Positions 42,261 through 56,577 of a DNA stretch of 64,000 nucleotides are shown here, one piece after another; position 1 is the first letter of the stretch; each line of letters opens with the position of its first letter. The position numbers were made by a program, and so were the translations under genes. The stretch is taken from assembly GCA_963750165.1 (NCBI GenBank), contig CAVVPN010000011.1, positions 800,001 to 864,000 on the forward strand, in the 5' to 3' direction. The notes under the pieces are model-generated. The model ran no database searches and had not been told where the DNA came from. It saw only the letters and a program-made list of their open reading frames with translations. Source of the DNA: an uncultured Gemmataceae bacterium (GTDB taxonomy: Bacteria; Planctomycetota; Planctomycetia; Gemmatales; Gemmataceae).

Positions 42261-42866
42261 CTACGACCCTGGTAGCACTTCGTGCTGGCCTTGCAAGGAG
42301 GGCCCGGCTTCAGCCGCAACCAGTTCGGAGTCGGGGGTTGTTGCAGTCTCGGGCCTCAGGCTGGCAGCCTGGATGCGGCGAATAAGCAATTCGGCGAACC
42401 ACTGAGGGATGCGGGCCCTATCATTGCTCCAGTTGAGTGTCCCCAGCTTGACGGGCTCCATCCCGGGCTGCGGGGTGATCCTGTTCGCCAACGTGAATGG
42501 CTTGATTATGAATTGTTGCCAGTGCTCGCCAAACGTGGGCGTCAGGTTTCGAGCCTTGAACGACTCAGGGTATCTGTCGCGCACACCCGCTGGGTACTCG
42601 ATCTGGTCCGTGGTCCATTCGCTCCTTGGAAGGCGTTCGGCCACATACATCACAGCGGCCACGCCAACCCGGTAAACGATCAGTACATCACCGACGCGAA
42701 TCTCATCGGCCTTTCTTGTGAATAGGATTTCTACCTCAGCCTCACCGAAGTTCTCTTTTACCGACCCGTTCATGACAATGGGGCGGTCCCCAAGCCCGAT
42801 AGGCTTGAGCCAGAATCGCCTGTTCGCTGCGTCTTCCAGCAATTGATTCAAGCGATCGTTATCCAC
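42261..42866 (-). CDS. Hypothetical protein, EVE/PUA-like domain
   Basis: GTG start after ggagaaag; FWLKPIG, IRVGDVLIVYRVG, RYP. Confidence 0.6.
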   Translation of the reverse strand: MDNDRLNQLLEDAANRRFWLKPIGLGDRPIVMNGSVKENFGEAEVEILFTRKADEIRVGDVLIVYRVGVAAVMYVAERLPRSEWTTDQIEYPAGVRDRYPESFKARNLTPTFGEHWQQFIIKPFTLANRITPQPGMEPVKLGTLNWSNDRARIPQWFAELLIRRIQAASLRPETATTPDSELVAAEAGPSLQGQHEVLPGS

Positions 42867-42940
42867 GGCACTTTCTCCACATGGCTGTCGCCGGACGCCT
42901 GCTGGTATTTGCGCCCGAACAGGTAATTCTTCTGACCGGG

Positions 42941-42993
42941 CGGTCACGGTAGCAAGTCCCGGTCAGGGTAGCAAGGCTCCGGTCACGGTAGCA
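42941..42993. repeat. Three tandem direct repeats, 19-20 bp period
   Basis: cggtca(c/g)ggtagca at 42941, 42960 and 42980. Confidence 0.8.
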
Positions 42994-43512
42994 CCGCGTT
43001 TCCCCCCGTAGAAGCCGGCAGAGCCAGCGTAACCACCCCCTTTTCGGATTGCAAGCAAGAACCACGGGGAACATACAAGCCACTCGAATCATCTCAAAAT
43101 CACTGAATGAAACCTCCCTGCCGGGGTGGTGATGCGCAGCCGAACCGGGGTCCGACTCCCCAGGTGTCCCGCTGAAAAAAACCGGGGAGTGCCGGGCCGG
43201 GTCGGGCGATGCCGGGGCAAGCCGATCCAGGCAAGGCTGCCAGGTGCGGGCTCGCGGGAACCTGGCAGCCTTGGCACCCTTTCTCGGGTTGGCAGCACCT
43301 GGCCCGGCCTGGCCACGTCCGGGGTCGTCGTCTGGCACCGCCACGGCCCGGCACCCCTGGCACCCTTTCCCGGCCTGGCAACCGCTGGCACACTTCGCCC
43401 TCCGCGGCGGCGCCGTCAAGGGGCCAGGGCGCCCGCCGGGCCATCGGAACTTTCGCCTCCCACCGCCATCCACGCAAATACTGTTTGTCTCCGGAAGGGT
43501 CAGGCACGGGGC

Positions 43513-43567
43513 TGGAGTTCACGCTTGAGCGTGGCGGGCGGGCCGGCACGCTCAAGCGTGAACTCCA
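43513..43567. repeat. Perfect 21-bp inverted repeat (REP-like)
   Basis: tggagttcacgcttgagcgtg / cacgctcaagcgtgaactcca. Confidence 0.85.
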
Positions 43568-43613
43568 ACCCCGACCCCCGAACCCTTCCAGAACCGACTG
43601 TTATCGAGTTGCC

Positions 43614-47339
<3,726 letters not shown>

Positions 47340-48025
47340 TGCCGTCGTGCCGACCGGGGCGAAAATATGTATACGCATTAAACCCCGGCATCTTACCCGA
47401 CCGGTGGCCAAAGTCCACTGAAAAATCGGGGGTGATGGAAACAGGCCGGGGAGCAATTCCCGCGGCGGTCGCGGGCGGCGACAGCTACCCGTTGCAGACG
47501 GGGAACGGGGGAACCCTCCCCACGCTCACCGTGGCGGTGGGTGAGTCGCGTGAATCGAGCCAGTGGAAGCAAGCCCTGCTCTCCTGGTCCCGTCCCAGTC
47601 CTCCCTTGCCGCGGGGACGACCATTCTCGTTCAAACCCTGGGGAGCCTGACCCCACCGGGACGTCTCCGTGACAGGCGCCTGCGCCTGGGCAAGGCGGCG
47701 ATTCCTGGGAACAACGGTTCCTGGCCTTGGCCGAGCACCACCCCGACCACAACTTCCAGGCCGCCGAGGGGCTCCGCAAGGCCGTCCAAACGACCGACGT
47801 TTCGGGGTCTGCCTGACCTGGGAGAGCGGTTTGAGATTCGCCTACTTCGGACGGAAGCCGAGAAAGTCCTGAACACGGCGCCGGTATGCGGCCCAAGGAA
47901 CGGACGCTAGACTCCGGGGAAACAAGCAGCCGCAACAGAGTTGAGAGTTGCCATGCGAAGAACGATCGAACTTGTACTTGGCCCAACGAATTGCTATCCA
48001 CCTTGCGCGCGTCGGTCCGCTCCAC

Positions 48026-48126
48026 GAATGGCGCTAGCTTAAGCGAAAAACCGTCACAATGGAGAAGATGGGCAGCTACCCATTTTGCCCAGCTTCTCGT
48101 TTTCGCCCTTAAGCTACGCGCCATTC
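48026..48126. mobile_element. 101-bp MITE with IS4-like TIRs and 11-bp target duplication
   Basis: gaatggcgctagcttaag / cttaagctacgcgccattc; TSD gtccgctccac at 48015-48025 and 48127-48137. Confidence 0.88.
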
Positions 48127-48424
48127 GTCCGCTCCACCTCCGTACGAATCGCGGTTCCGCCAATCTGCGGCGGTCACATCGGCCGACGCAGCGATCAGCT
48201 CTGTAGCCGAATCGCCCCCGATCATTTCGATGAGGGGCTCAAACCGTGCGGAAATCCTCAGGTTGGACTATTGATCTGATAGGATTGGTGATAGGAAACG
48301 CTGCCGAAAACAGCCATTTCCTGCGGAATCCTATCAAAAGCAGTCGTTTTAACCTTGTTGTAAACTATATGATGACAACATCTTATGTCATGTAATTTGA
48401 ACAGGCGTTTAGAGGATTGACTGC

Positions 48425-48467
48425 CTGAAAATCCTTAGGTCGCCGGTTCGATCCCGGCTCTGTCCAC
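48425..48467 (+). pseudogene. tRNA-Phe(GAA) 3' half, probable att site of an integrative element
   Basis: ctGAAaa anticodon loop, T arm gccgg-ttcgatc-ccggc, acceptor 3' strand tctgtcca; no D arm or 5' acceptor strand upstream. Confidence 0.8.
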
Positions 48468-48472
48468 TACGC

Positions 48473-48510
48473 AAGGCCATGAGTCCACGAGACTTATGGC
48501 CTTTCCCTTT
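48473..48510 (+). terminator. Hairpin with T-rich tail after the tRNA fragment
   Basis: aaggccatgagtc...gacttatggcctt followed by tcccttt. Confidence 0.55.
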
Positions 48511-49666
48511 CGCCCCGCTCTGGGCGGCCGTTCACTCTATTTTACTGCGATTCCATACGGATTTCAATGAATTCTGTACGGATTGTGTACGGCTGAACCG
48601 CACTTTCCCTGCTCTAAATCCTGCCTGACAGGTGCTGCGTTCAGAATTCCGTGCGGAACATTGTCCCCCGCTCGTCCCCCAATCCGTTCAGAATGACCGG
48701 ATTCTGTACGGCGGTCGCCGCCTGTCACTTTCCCCTGCATCGCCTCCCCTTTTTCTCCGGCTCCGCCGCGGGCTGGGCCTCGTTCACCTCCACCTCCGGC
48801 GTCGGCTCTTCCTGGGCTTCCCGCTTCTGCCGATCCAGTTCCTCCCGCAGCGGATGACCGGGCGGCTCGCTATGCGACGTGCTTCCATTCCTCGATGGAA
48901 TCGTCCATGATACACCCTCCACATTGAACCGTGGAGGGAGCCTGGCGATACTTGTGGAAACACGCAAGCGTTAGGCTCTCATGACTTTAAGGTGTCCGCA
49001 TGGAACCGCTGCACTACCTACTGATCGCCGACGCCGTCATCGCGCTCGTCGTCCTCCTGTGGCCACGCGGCCGGTGCGTCCGACGTTGGCGCTGGTCGTT
49101 CCTCCGCTCGGTCGCGAGGGCCACACTCAAGGCTACCCGACGGAACTCTTCGCTGACCGGCCGCCCGGTCAGAGATCGACCCGAACGAGCGGTGCCGATC
49201 CCTGCAAAACGCGCGCGTCTGGCGCCTTTGTCTGTTTCGGCGTGCAGGTCGATTGGCTGCCCCCGCGTGTCGAACCGTGCGCGCCAACTTCTACCCCGCA
49301 GCCTGACATGGTGTTTGCTTCCCGAGAAAACGGTAAACTGCTCTTCGCGACGTCGCCTGCGAACCCCAACCGCGGCCTGGCCCGGACGGTCGGAGGCCAC
49401 GAAGGCAGCGGCACCGGCATCCATGGCGGTCACCCTGGCCGACGCCGAATGGGAGCATATGCTCGGCGCCCTCCGCGAGGTGGGGTGCTGGTCGGCCTGG
49501 AGTGGGCGCGGCCCGCCTGGGGATGAAGCGCTGCACGCTGTTCAAGAAGCTGAAGTAGCTCGGCATCTCCCGCCTCTCCCAGAAGCGCCGCGGACCACGC
49601 GCAGGCCGCCGAGCCCGGCGATGAGCTGTTAAGTGATCAACCCTGTGCCGTACCCTGACCTGATAC

Positions 49667-52600
49667 TCACCGCGGCGTTTGGGCACGGCGGAGCAGGGCG
49701 GCAACCTCCTGCCAAAAAGCGAGACACGTGGCGCGCTCATTCGGGGGCAGTTGCGCGAGTGCGTCCGGTTCGCGCAGCCCCGCCAGGTCGGTGTGGGCCT
49801 GCCAGTGCTGCAACACGCGCCGGACCCCGGCGCTGGTCTGGGCGTCGCCGCGGTCGAGCGCCCAGCCCCACCCGGTGAGGTCTGCGCGGAGCCAGTCCAG
49901 AGCCTGCCGCCGCCAGCGGGCGCGTTCCTCGTCTGCCAACCGGGCCGCGTCCTTGCCGCGACCACAGCCCGCCAGCGCCGCGGCACAGGCGGCGGTGTAG
50001 CGCAGGCCCGCCACGCCCGCGGCCACCTGGGGGGCCGCGGCGAACGCATCGCGGTAGAAGCGCACCGCGGCGGCGTGGTGCTGCTTCAGCCGGCACATTT
50101 GGGCGAACTCGATCTGCTCGGCCGCGCCGGCCGGCTGCGCCGTCCCCCCCAGGACGGCGGGGAGCCTGGCGTCCAGGTCCACGAAGCGCCGACAGGTGCG
50201 CTGCATCGGTTGCAGCTGCTCCCGGAGCGGGGACGGCGCCGGTAACAACTCGTCCGCCTTGGCTAGCGCCGCGGCCGCCTCGTCGAACCGGGCCTGCCGC
50301 AGCAGCGCGGCGCCAAGGTTTTGATACGCCTGGCCGGAGTCCGGCTGCAGCCGGACCACCTGGCGGAAGGCCGCCTCCGCCGCGCCGTACTGCCCCTGCT
50401 GGAACAGCGCGCTGCCGAGGTTGAGGTGCGCCGCGGCGAAGGTGGGTTCCAGGTCGGCGGCCTTGCGGAAGGCCGCCGACGCCGCGCGGTACTGGCCCTG
50501 CGCCATCAGGGCGTCGCCGAGGTTGTAGTGCGCCAGGGTGAGGTCGGGCTTGAGGTCGATGGCCTTGCGGAAGGCCGCCGCCGCCGCGGCGTACTGCCGC
50601 CGTTTGTGCAGGGTGACTCCGAGCTGGACGAGGGTCTCGACCCACTGAGGCTCGAGGTCGAGGACCTGACGGAAGATCGCCTCCGCCGCGTCGTAGCGCT
50701 GCTGACAAAACAGGGCGATGCCCAGGTTGTAGTGCGCGTGGGTGAAACCGGGTTTGAGCTTGAGCGCCTTGCGGTAAGCCGCCTCCGCCGCGCCGAACTG
50801 GCTCTGACGCAGGAGTGCGCTGCCGAGGGTGTTTTGGGTGAAGGGGTCGTCGGGCTGGAGGCCGAGGGCGCGGCGGCAGGCGTCCTCCGCCGCGGCGTAC
50901 CGCCTCAGGCGCAGCAGGACGCAGCCGAGGTTGCCGTGGGCCCCGGCGAACTCGGGCTGGAGGCTGACGGCCCGGCGGCAGCCCGCCTCCGCCTCGGCAT
51001 ACTTCCCTTGACCCAACCGGGCGACGCCGAGCAGGAAGTGGAGCGCGGCGTTGTCGTCGTGCGCCCGCCGGCGGACCAGATCCTCCAGCACCTCCGCCGC
51101 CTCGTCCGTCTTGCCGGCGGCGAGCAGCGCCCGGCCCAGGGCAAGGCCCAGGTGCGGGCGCCGGCTGCGCGCCGCCGTGTAATACCCGATGGCGTCCGCG
51201 AGCCGGGACTGCCGGTCCAGCAACTTCCCCAGGGCGCTGAGCAGGACCACCTGCTCCGGCCGGGCCGTCGCCGCCTGGCGCAGCACTTGCTCCGCCCCCG
51301 CGATGTCCCCCACGGCGGCGCACGCCTCGGCCAGGGCCACCACCGTCAGGGCCGGCTCCGTCCGGGGGTCGATCTCGCGGCGCAGCTCCCGCAAGGTCCG
51401 CCAGGCGCTGCCGTGCGGCAACTCCCACAGCGCCGGCCAGGGCGCCCCCACCCCGACCACCCCGGCCACGCCGTCGGCGCGCGGCGGCGCCGCACCGACC
51501 AGCAGCGCCCGCAGCCGCCGGCGCTGCGCGCTGCCGTCCAGCTGGTCCGCCACGCGCGCCAGGCGCCGCCACTCGGCCTCGGGGCGCTGCCGCCGCCGCT
51601 CCAGCATCCAGCCGTCCAGGCCCGCGACCAGTTCCTGCACCGCCAGGTCAGGCTCCGCCGCCAACCGGGCGACCGCCTCCGCCTCCGGCGTGCCGTCCAC
51701 GTCCAGGCCCCAGCGGCGGAACGCGGCGGCGTACTGGGCGTCCGCGCTGGGCGGGGCCAGCACCATCGGTTCGCCCGCACGGCCGGCGAGGTAGGCAACG
51801 GTCTCGTGCGGCACCGGCACGTCCTGGAGTGCCACCAGCAGGGCGCGCGTCTTCTCCGTCCGTTGCAGCCGCCCGGCGGCCTCCTCCCGGAACGCCTCGG
51901 CCTGCCGCCGCACGGCGTCGCTGGCCCCGCCGCGGCGGGCCAGCTCCGCCGCCCGGTCAGCCTCGCTCCGGGCCTGGGCCAGCTGCACCGGGTCCACCGC
52001 CTGCCAGCCTTCGTCGAGCAGGCCACGCGCCTTCGTCAGGGCGGCGCGGACTTCCCGGTCGGTCTGCGCCTGCCGCTCCTGGGCGATGACCTGTTGTCGG
52101 TAGAGCAGCCAGGCGCCGGCGGGCCCGAGGACCGCGTGCAGCGCCACGGCGACCAGCAGCCCCGTCAGCGCCGGCCGGCGCCGCACCCATTTGCACGCGC
52201 GCTCCGCCGCGCCGACCGGCCGCGCCAGCACGGGCTCGCCGCGGAGGAATCTCTGCAGGTCCTCCGCCAGCCCGCGGGCGCTGGCGTAGCGGCGTTTCGG
52301 CTCCTTGGCGAGGCACTTCAGGCAAATGGTCTGCAGGTCGCGCGGCACGCCGGGGTTCAGCCGCGCCGGCGGCACCGGCTCGTCGGCCAGCACCAGCTGC
52401 AGCGTCGCCGCCCCGCTCTCGGCGCGGAACGGCGGCCGGCCCGTGAGCAGCTCGTACAGGATCGCCCCCAGCGCGTACACGTCCGTGGCCGGCCCGAGGG
52501 TGTAGCTGTCGCCGCGCGCCTGCTCGGGGGCCATGTAGCTCGGCGTGCCCACCGGGGCGTCCCTGAGCGTCAGCCCGCCGTCGCCTTCGAGCCGCCGGGC

Positions 52601-53266
52601 CAGGCCGAAGTCCGTCACCTTGGGCGTGCCGTCCGCGGCGAGCAGGATGTTGCCCGGCTTGAGATCGCGGTGCAGGATCCTGCTCTGGTGCGCCACCTCG
52701 ATCGCGTCGGCCAGCGTCGCCACCAGGGCGGCGGCCGGTCGCGCCGGTTGCGGGGTGCCCTGGATGTGCTCGGCCAGGCTGCAGCCCTCGACCAGTTCCA
52801 TCGTGAAGTAGGGCCGGCCGTCCACGTCGCCGGCGTCGTACAGCTGCACGACGTTGGGGTGGCGCAGCGCGGCCACCGCCTCCGCCTCGCGCTGGAACCG
52901 CTCCCGGTCGGCCGGCTCGGCATAGGCGCCTGCCAGCAGCATTTTCAGGGCGACGGGGCGGTTGAGGCGCAGGTGCCAGGCCCGATAGACGATGCCCATG
53001 CCGCCGCGGCCCAGCACCCCCTGCACGTCATAGCCGGGCACCTGGGGCAGAGCCGTGCCCGCCGGCGGCAGCGCCTGCGGGCTCCCGCCCTGCTCGGGCG
53101 AAGCCGGGAACAGCGCGTCGAGTTCTGCCTGGAGGCGGTGGAGCTTCTGCCACCGGTCGCGGACCTGGGGCAGCAGCTCGGGGCAGGTCGCGCACACCTC
53201 TTCCGGCGTCGCTTGCGCGTTGAGCAGCTCATCGAACAGTTGCCGCAGGCGTTCGTCGTCGGTCAT
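49667..53266 (-). CDS. Ser/Thr protein kinase with TM segment and TPR repeats
   Basis: LGRGGMGIVY, VALKM, HRDLKPGN, DFGLA, GTPSYMAPEQ; TPRs AHYNLG. Confidence 0.95.
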   Translation of the reverse strand: MTDDERLRQLFDELLNAQATPEEVCATCPELLPQVRDRWQKLHRLQAELDALFPASPEQGGSPQALPPAGTALPQVPGYDVQGVLGRGGMGIVYRAWHLRLNRPVALKMLLAGAYAEPADRERFQREAEAVAALRHPNVVQLYDAGDVDGRPYFTMELVEGCSLAEHIQGTPQPARPAAALVATLADAIEVAHQSRILHRDLKPGNILLAADGTPKVTDFGLARRLEGDGGLTLRDAPVGTPSYMAPEQARGDSYTLGPATDVYALGAILYELLTGRPPFRAESGAATLQLVLADEPVPPARLNPGVPRDLQTICLKCLAKEPKRRYASARGLAEDLQRFLRGEPVLARPVGAAERACKWVRRRPALTGLLVAVALHAVLGPAGAWLLYRQQVIAQERQAQTDREVRAALTKARGLLDEGWQAVDPVQLAQARSEADRAAELARRGGASDAVRRQAEAFREEAAGRLQRTEKTRALLVALQDVPVPHETVAYLAGRAGEPMVLAPPSADAQYAAAFRRWGLDVDGTPEAEAVARLAAEPDLAVQELVAGLDGWMLERRRQRPEAEWRRLARVADQLDGSAQRRRLRALLVGAAPPRADGVAGVVGVGAPWPALWELPHGSAWRTLRELRREIDPRTEPALTVVALAEACAAVGDIAGAEQVLRQAATARPEQVVLLSALGKLLDRQSRLADAIGYYTAARSRRPHLGLALGRALLAAGKTDEAAEVLEDLVRRRAHDDNAALHFLLGVARLGQGKYAEAEAGCRRAVSLQPEFAGAHGNLGCVLLRLRRYAAAEDACRRALGLQPDDPFTQNTLGSALLRQSQFGAAEAAYRKALKLKPGFTHAHYNLGIALFCQQRYDAAEAIFRQVLDLEPQWVETLVQLGVTLHKRRQYAAAAAAFRKAIDLKPDLTLAHYNLGDALMAQGQYRAASAAFRKAADLEPTFAAAHLNLGSALFQQGQYGAAEAAFRQVVRLQPDSGQAYQNLGAALLRQARFDEAAAALAKADELLPAPSPLREQLQPMQRTCRRFVDLDARLPAVLGGTAQPAGAAEQIEFAQMCRLKQHHAAAVRFYRDAFAAAPQVAAGVAGLRYTAACAAALAGCGRGKDAARLADEERARWRRQALDWLRADLTGWGWALDRGDAQTSAGVRRVLQHWQAHTDLAGLREPDALAQLPPNERATCLAFWQEVAALLRRAQTPR

Positions 53267-53274
53267 CGCACGGC

Positions 53275-56200
53275 TCACTTCGTTGATTGGGCCCGACGCA
53301 GCAAGGCTGCAACCTCTTGCCACAGCGCCAGGCATTCCTGTCGTTCGGCCGGAGGCAATCTCTCCAGGGCGTTCGAGTCGCGCAGCCCGGCCAGGTCGGG
53401 GTCATCCCGCCAAGGCGCCAACGTCTTCCGAGCATGGATGCGATCCGCCTCCGTGCCGGTGTCCACCTTCTTGGCCCACGCGGCCATGTCGTGTCGCAAC
53501 CAGTCTCGCGCCTGTTTGCGCAACCCCGCCAGCTCCGGCTTCCCAAGCCCGGCGACGTCGTCGCCATGACCGCTGCCGGCCAGGGCGGCGGCACAGGCGG
53601 CGTTGAACCGGTGCCCGGGCGCAGGTCCTCGGTCAATTGGGGTGTGGCCGCCAGCGCCTCGGCATACAGGCGTGCGGCCGTGGCGTAGTGCTTCTTGACG
53701 AAACAGAGTTCCGCCAGGTCGAGGCAGTCGTCGTCGGCGGGCTTCTTTCCCTGGACGACGGCGGGGAGACGACCTTCCAGGGGCGCAGGCGCTGGCAACG
53801 CTTCAGTTGGCCTTCCAGGTTCGCTCGGAGCTTCTTTTCGCTCGCGGGGAGGAAGTCGAGGCTCCGCCGGATCTCGGCCTCGGCCTCGGTGAACTCCCGC
53901 CGGGCGAGGAGTGCCTGGCCCAGCGCCCCATGGGCCAGGGCGAATTGCGGCTCCAGCCGGACGGCGTGGCGGTAGTGGCCGATGGCTTCCTTCAGTCGGG
54001 CTTCGTCCTGCGAGGGAATGCGGAGCGCGTTACGGGCCGGGGCCCACTTCGGGTCACAGTCGTGGACGTGCCAGTACCAAGCGACCGCCTCACCCTGGGC
54101 TTGACCACGGAACCACTCGAGGGATTTCACGCCATTCGGGTAGCAGTCGTCCACCTCGTCCCGCCGGCCCTTTGCGAGCAGGGCGACACCGAGCGCGTGG
54201 TGGGCCTGGGCCCAATCGGGGTCGAGCGAAAGGGCCTGCCGGTAGTGGTCGATCGCCTCGTTGAGGCCTCCCGAACCGGCCAGGATTTCGCCGAGGTTGA
54301 AACGGGCGGGGGCCAACCGGGGATCGATCTCCAAAGCGTCCCGGTACATCAGCGCCGCCGTTGCCCAATCGCCCTTGACTTTCAGGGCCACGCCGAAGTT
54401 GTTGAAGCCCGGGGCGAACCGGGGATCGCTCTTCACCACCTGATGAAAGACGGTAAGGGCCCCGGGCGGCCCTCCGTCTCGCTCATGGTCCCACACCCAG
54501 TACTTGTCAAGCAGCACGACGCCGAGGTTGTTCAAAACGGCGACCGCTTGCGGGCGGATTTCCAGGGCCTTCTGGTAATAGGCCAGCGCCGGTTTGGGGT
54601 CACCCCCCGGACGCCTTTCCGCGCCGTGCAGGGCCAGGGCCAGCGTAAAGTTGGCCCAGAAGTCCTCGGGTTGTTGCTCCCGGACGCGTCGGAGAAAGCC
54701 GACCCCGTCCTCCCCGGTCGCGGAAAGCCGTTCGCCCAGCGCCAGGGGCAGCGGGACGGGCTGCTCCGCCAGCGGCGCCGTCCGCGCCAGCTCGGCCAGG
54801 GCCTTCCCATCCCTCCAGGCCGCCGGGTCGCGCACCCGGTCGCGCCAGGCGTTGGAGTCCGCCCGGCGTGCCACTCCCAGCACCCAATCCTGCCGGGTCG
54901 GATCGGCGGCACAGACCGCCCAGTCGTCCAGCGCGGCGACAAGGTGGGCGGCCCATTTGGAGGCCCGGACGCGCGCCGCGACCCGCTCCGGGTCGTTGGC
55001 AGGCTCGCCCAGCCCGTGGTCCCGAAAAGCCTCGGCGTAGTCCCGATCTGCCCGGGCCCTGTTAAAGCGCAGCAGGGCACCGTGGCCCTGCTGCCCTTCG
55101 ACGAGGGTGAATCGGTTCATGCGGATCGCCTCGAGCCGGACCAGGAATTGGTGGTCGCGGCGGGCCGCCTCCACAACCGGGTACAGCCAGAACGGCCCGC
55201 CGTCGCCGAGCCGGGACCGGGCCCGCTCCAGTGCGGCGCCGGCCTCGGAGAAGGCCGACTGCTGCTGCAACCGGTCCGCCTCCCGCAAGTCCGCCTCCAC
55301 CGCCCGCGCGATGAGAATCCACTGCCCGATCAGCCAGCCCGCGCCACCAAGCACGGTGGCCGCCACCAACAAGGCGCCGACGAGCAGCGCCGCCGCCGCC
55401 GGGCGACGCCGCGCCCACCGGGCGAGGCGCTCCGGCGGCCCCGCCGGGCGTGCCGCGATAGGCTCCCCCCGAAGGAACCGGCGGAGGTCTTCTGCCAGTG
55501 CGGCGGCGCTGGCGTAACGCCCTGGCGGCGCCTTGGACAAGCACTTTAGGCAAATGGTTGTCAGGTCGCGCGGCACCTGGGGATTCAACCGCGCCGGCGA
55601 CACGGGCTCGTCCGTCAGCACCTGCTGGAGTGTCGCCGCCCCCGAGTTGGCGTTGAAGGGGGGCCGGCCTGTCAGCAGCTCGTACAGGATCGCCCCCAGG
55701 GCGTACACGTCCGTGGCCGGCCCGAGGGCACGGCTGTCGCCGCGCGCCTGCTCGGGGGCCATGTAGTTTGGCGTGCCCAGCGGCACGCCGCTGAGCGTCA
55801 GCCCGCCGTCGCCTTCCAACCGCCGGGCCAGGCCGAAGTCCGCCACCTTGGGCGTGCCGTCCCTGGTGAGCAAGATGTTGCCCGGTTTGAGATCACGATG
55901 CACGATCCCGCTCTGATGCGCTGCGTGAATGGCTTCGGCCAGCGTCGCCACCAGTTCAGCCGCCTGGCGAGCCGGTTGGGGAACCCCCTGAATTTGCCTG
56001 GCCAGGTTGCCGCCCTCGACCAGTTCCATCGTGAAGTAGGGCCGGCCGTCCACGTCGCCGGCGTCGTGAACCTGCACGATGTTGGGGTGGCCCAGCGCGG
56101 CGACCGCCTCCGCCTCGCGCAGGAACCGCTCCCGCTCCGCCGGCTCGGCGTAGGCGCCGGCCAGCAGCATTTTCAGGGCGACCGCGCGGTTGAGGCGCCG

Positions 56201-56494
56201 GTGCCAGGCCCGGTAGACGATGCCCATGCCGCCGCGGCCCAGCACCCCCTGCACGTCATAGCCGGGCACCTGGGGCAGGGCCGTGCCCGCCGGCGGCAGC
56301 GCCGGCGGGCTCCCGCCCTGCTCGGGCGAAGCCGGGAACAGCGCGTCGAGCTCTGCCTGGAGGCAGTGGAGCTTCTGCCACCGGGCGCGCACCTGGGGCA
56401 GCAGCTCGGGGCAGGTCGCGCACACCTCTTCCGGCGTCGCTTGCGAGTTGAGCAACTCGTCGAAGAGTTGCTGCAGGCGTTCGTCGTCGGCCAT
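53275..56494 (-). CDS. Ser/Thr protein kinase with TM segment and TPR repeats; apparent frameshifts near 53780 and 53620
   Basis: Same kinase motifs; C-terminus homologous to the neighbouring kinase (RKQARDWL...DLAGLRD...LWQEVAALL) in shifted frames. Confidence 0.9.
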
Positions 56495-56513
56495 CGCGCG
56501 GCCCTCCCAACTT

Positions 56514-56577
56514 GACACGGTGACAAGGTGAAAGACGAGTATACTCATTCACCTTGTCACCTTGTCACCGTGTCACC
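56514..56577. repeat. Short heptamer inverted/tandem repeat (REP-like)
   Basis: tgacacggtgacaaggtga vs caccttgtcaccttgtcaccgtgtcacc. Confidence 0.7.

Noticed and set aside
42941..42993. CRISPR array
   Set aside because: Spacers only 5-6 nt, three units, no cas genes; no CRISPR array seen anywhere in the window
48390..48467. Complete tRNA-Phe gene
   Set aside because: No D arm or complementary 5' acceptor strand
47400..49640. Integrase or real genes flanking the tRNA fragment
   Set aside because: No tyrosine-recombinase motifs; ORFs overlap and look like decayed or non-coding sequence
49667..56494. DGR-like template/variable repeat between the two kinases
   Set aside because: Differences are not adenine-specific and the repeat covers the conserved N-terminus; ordinary paralogy
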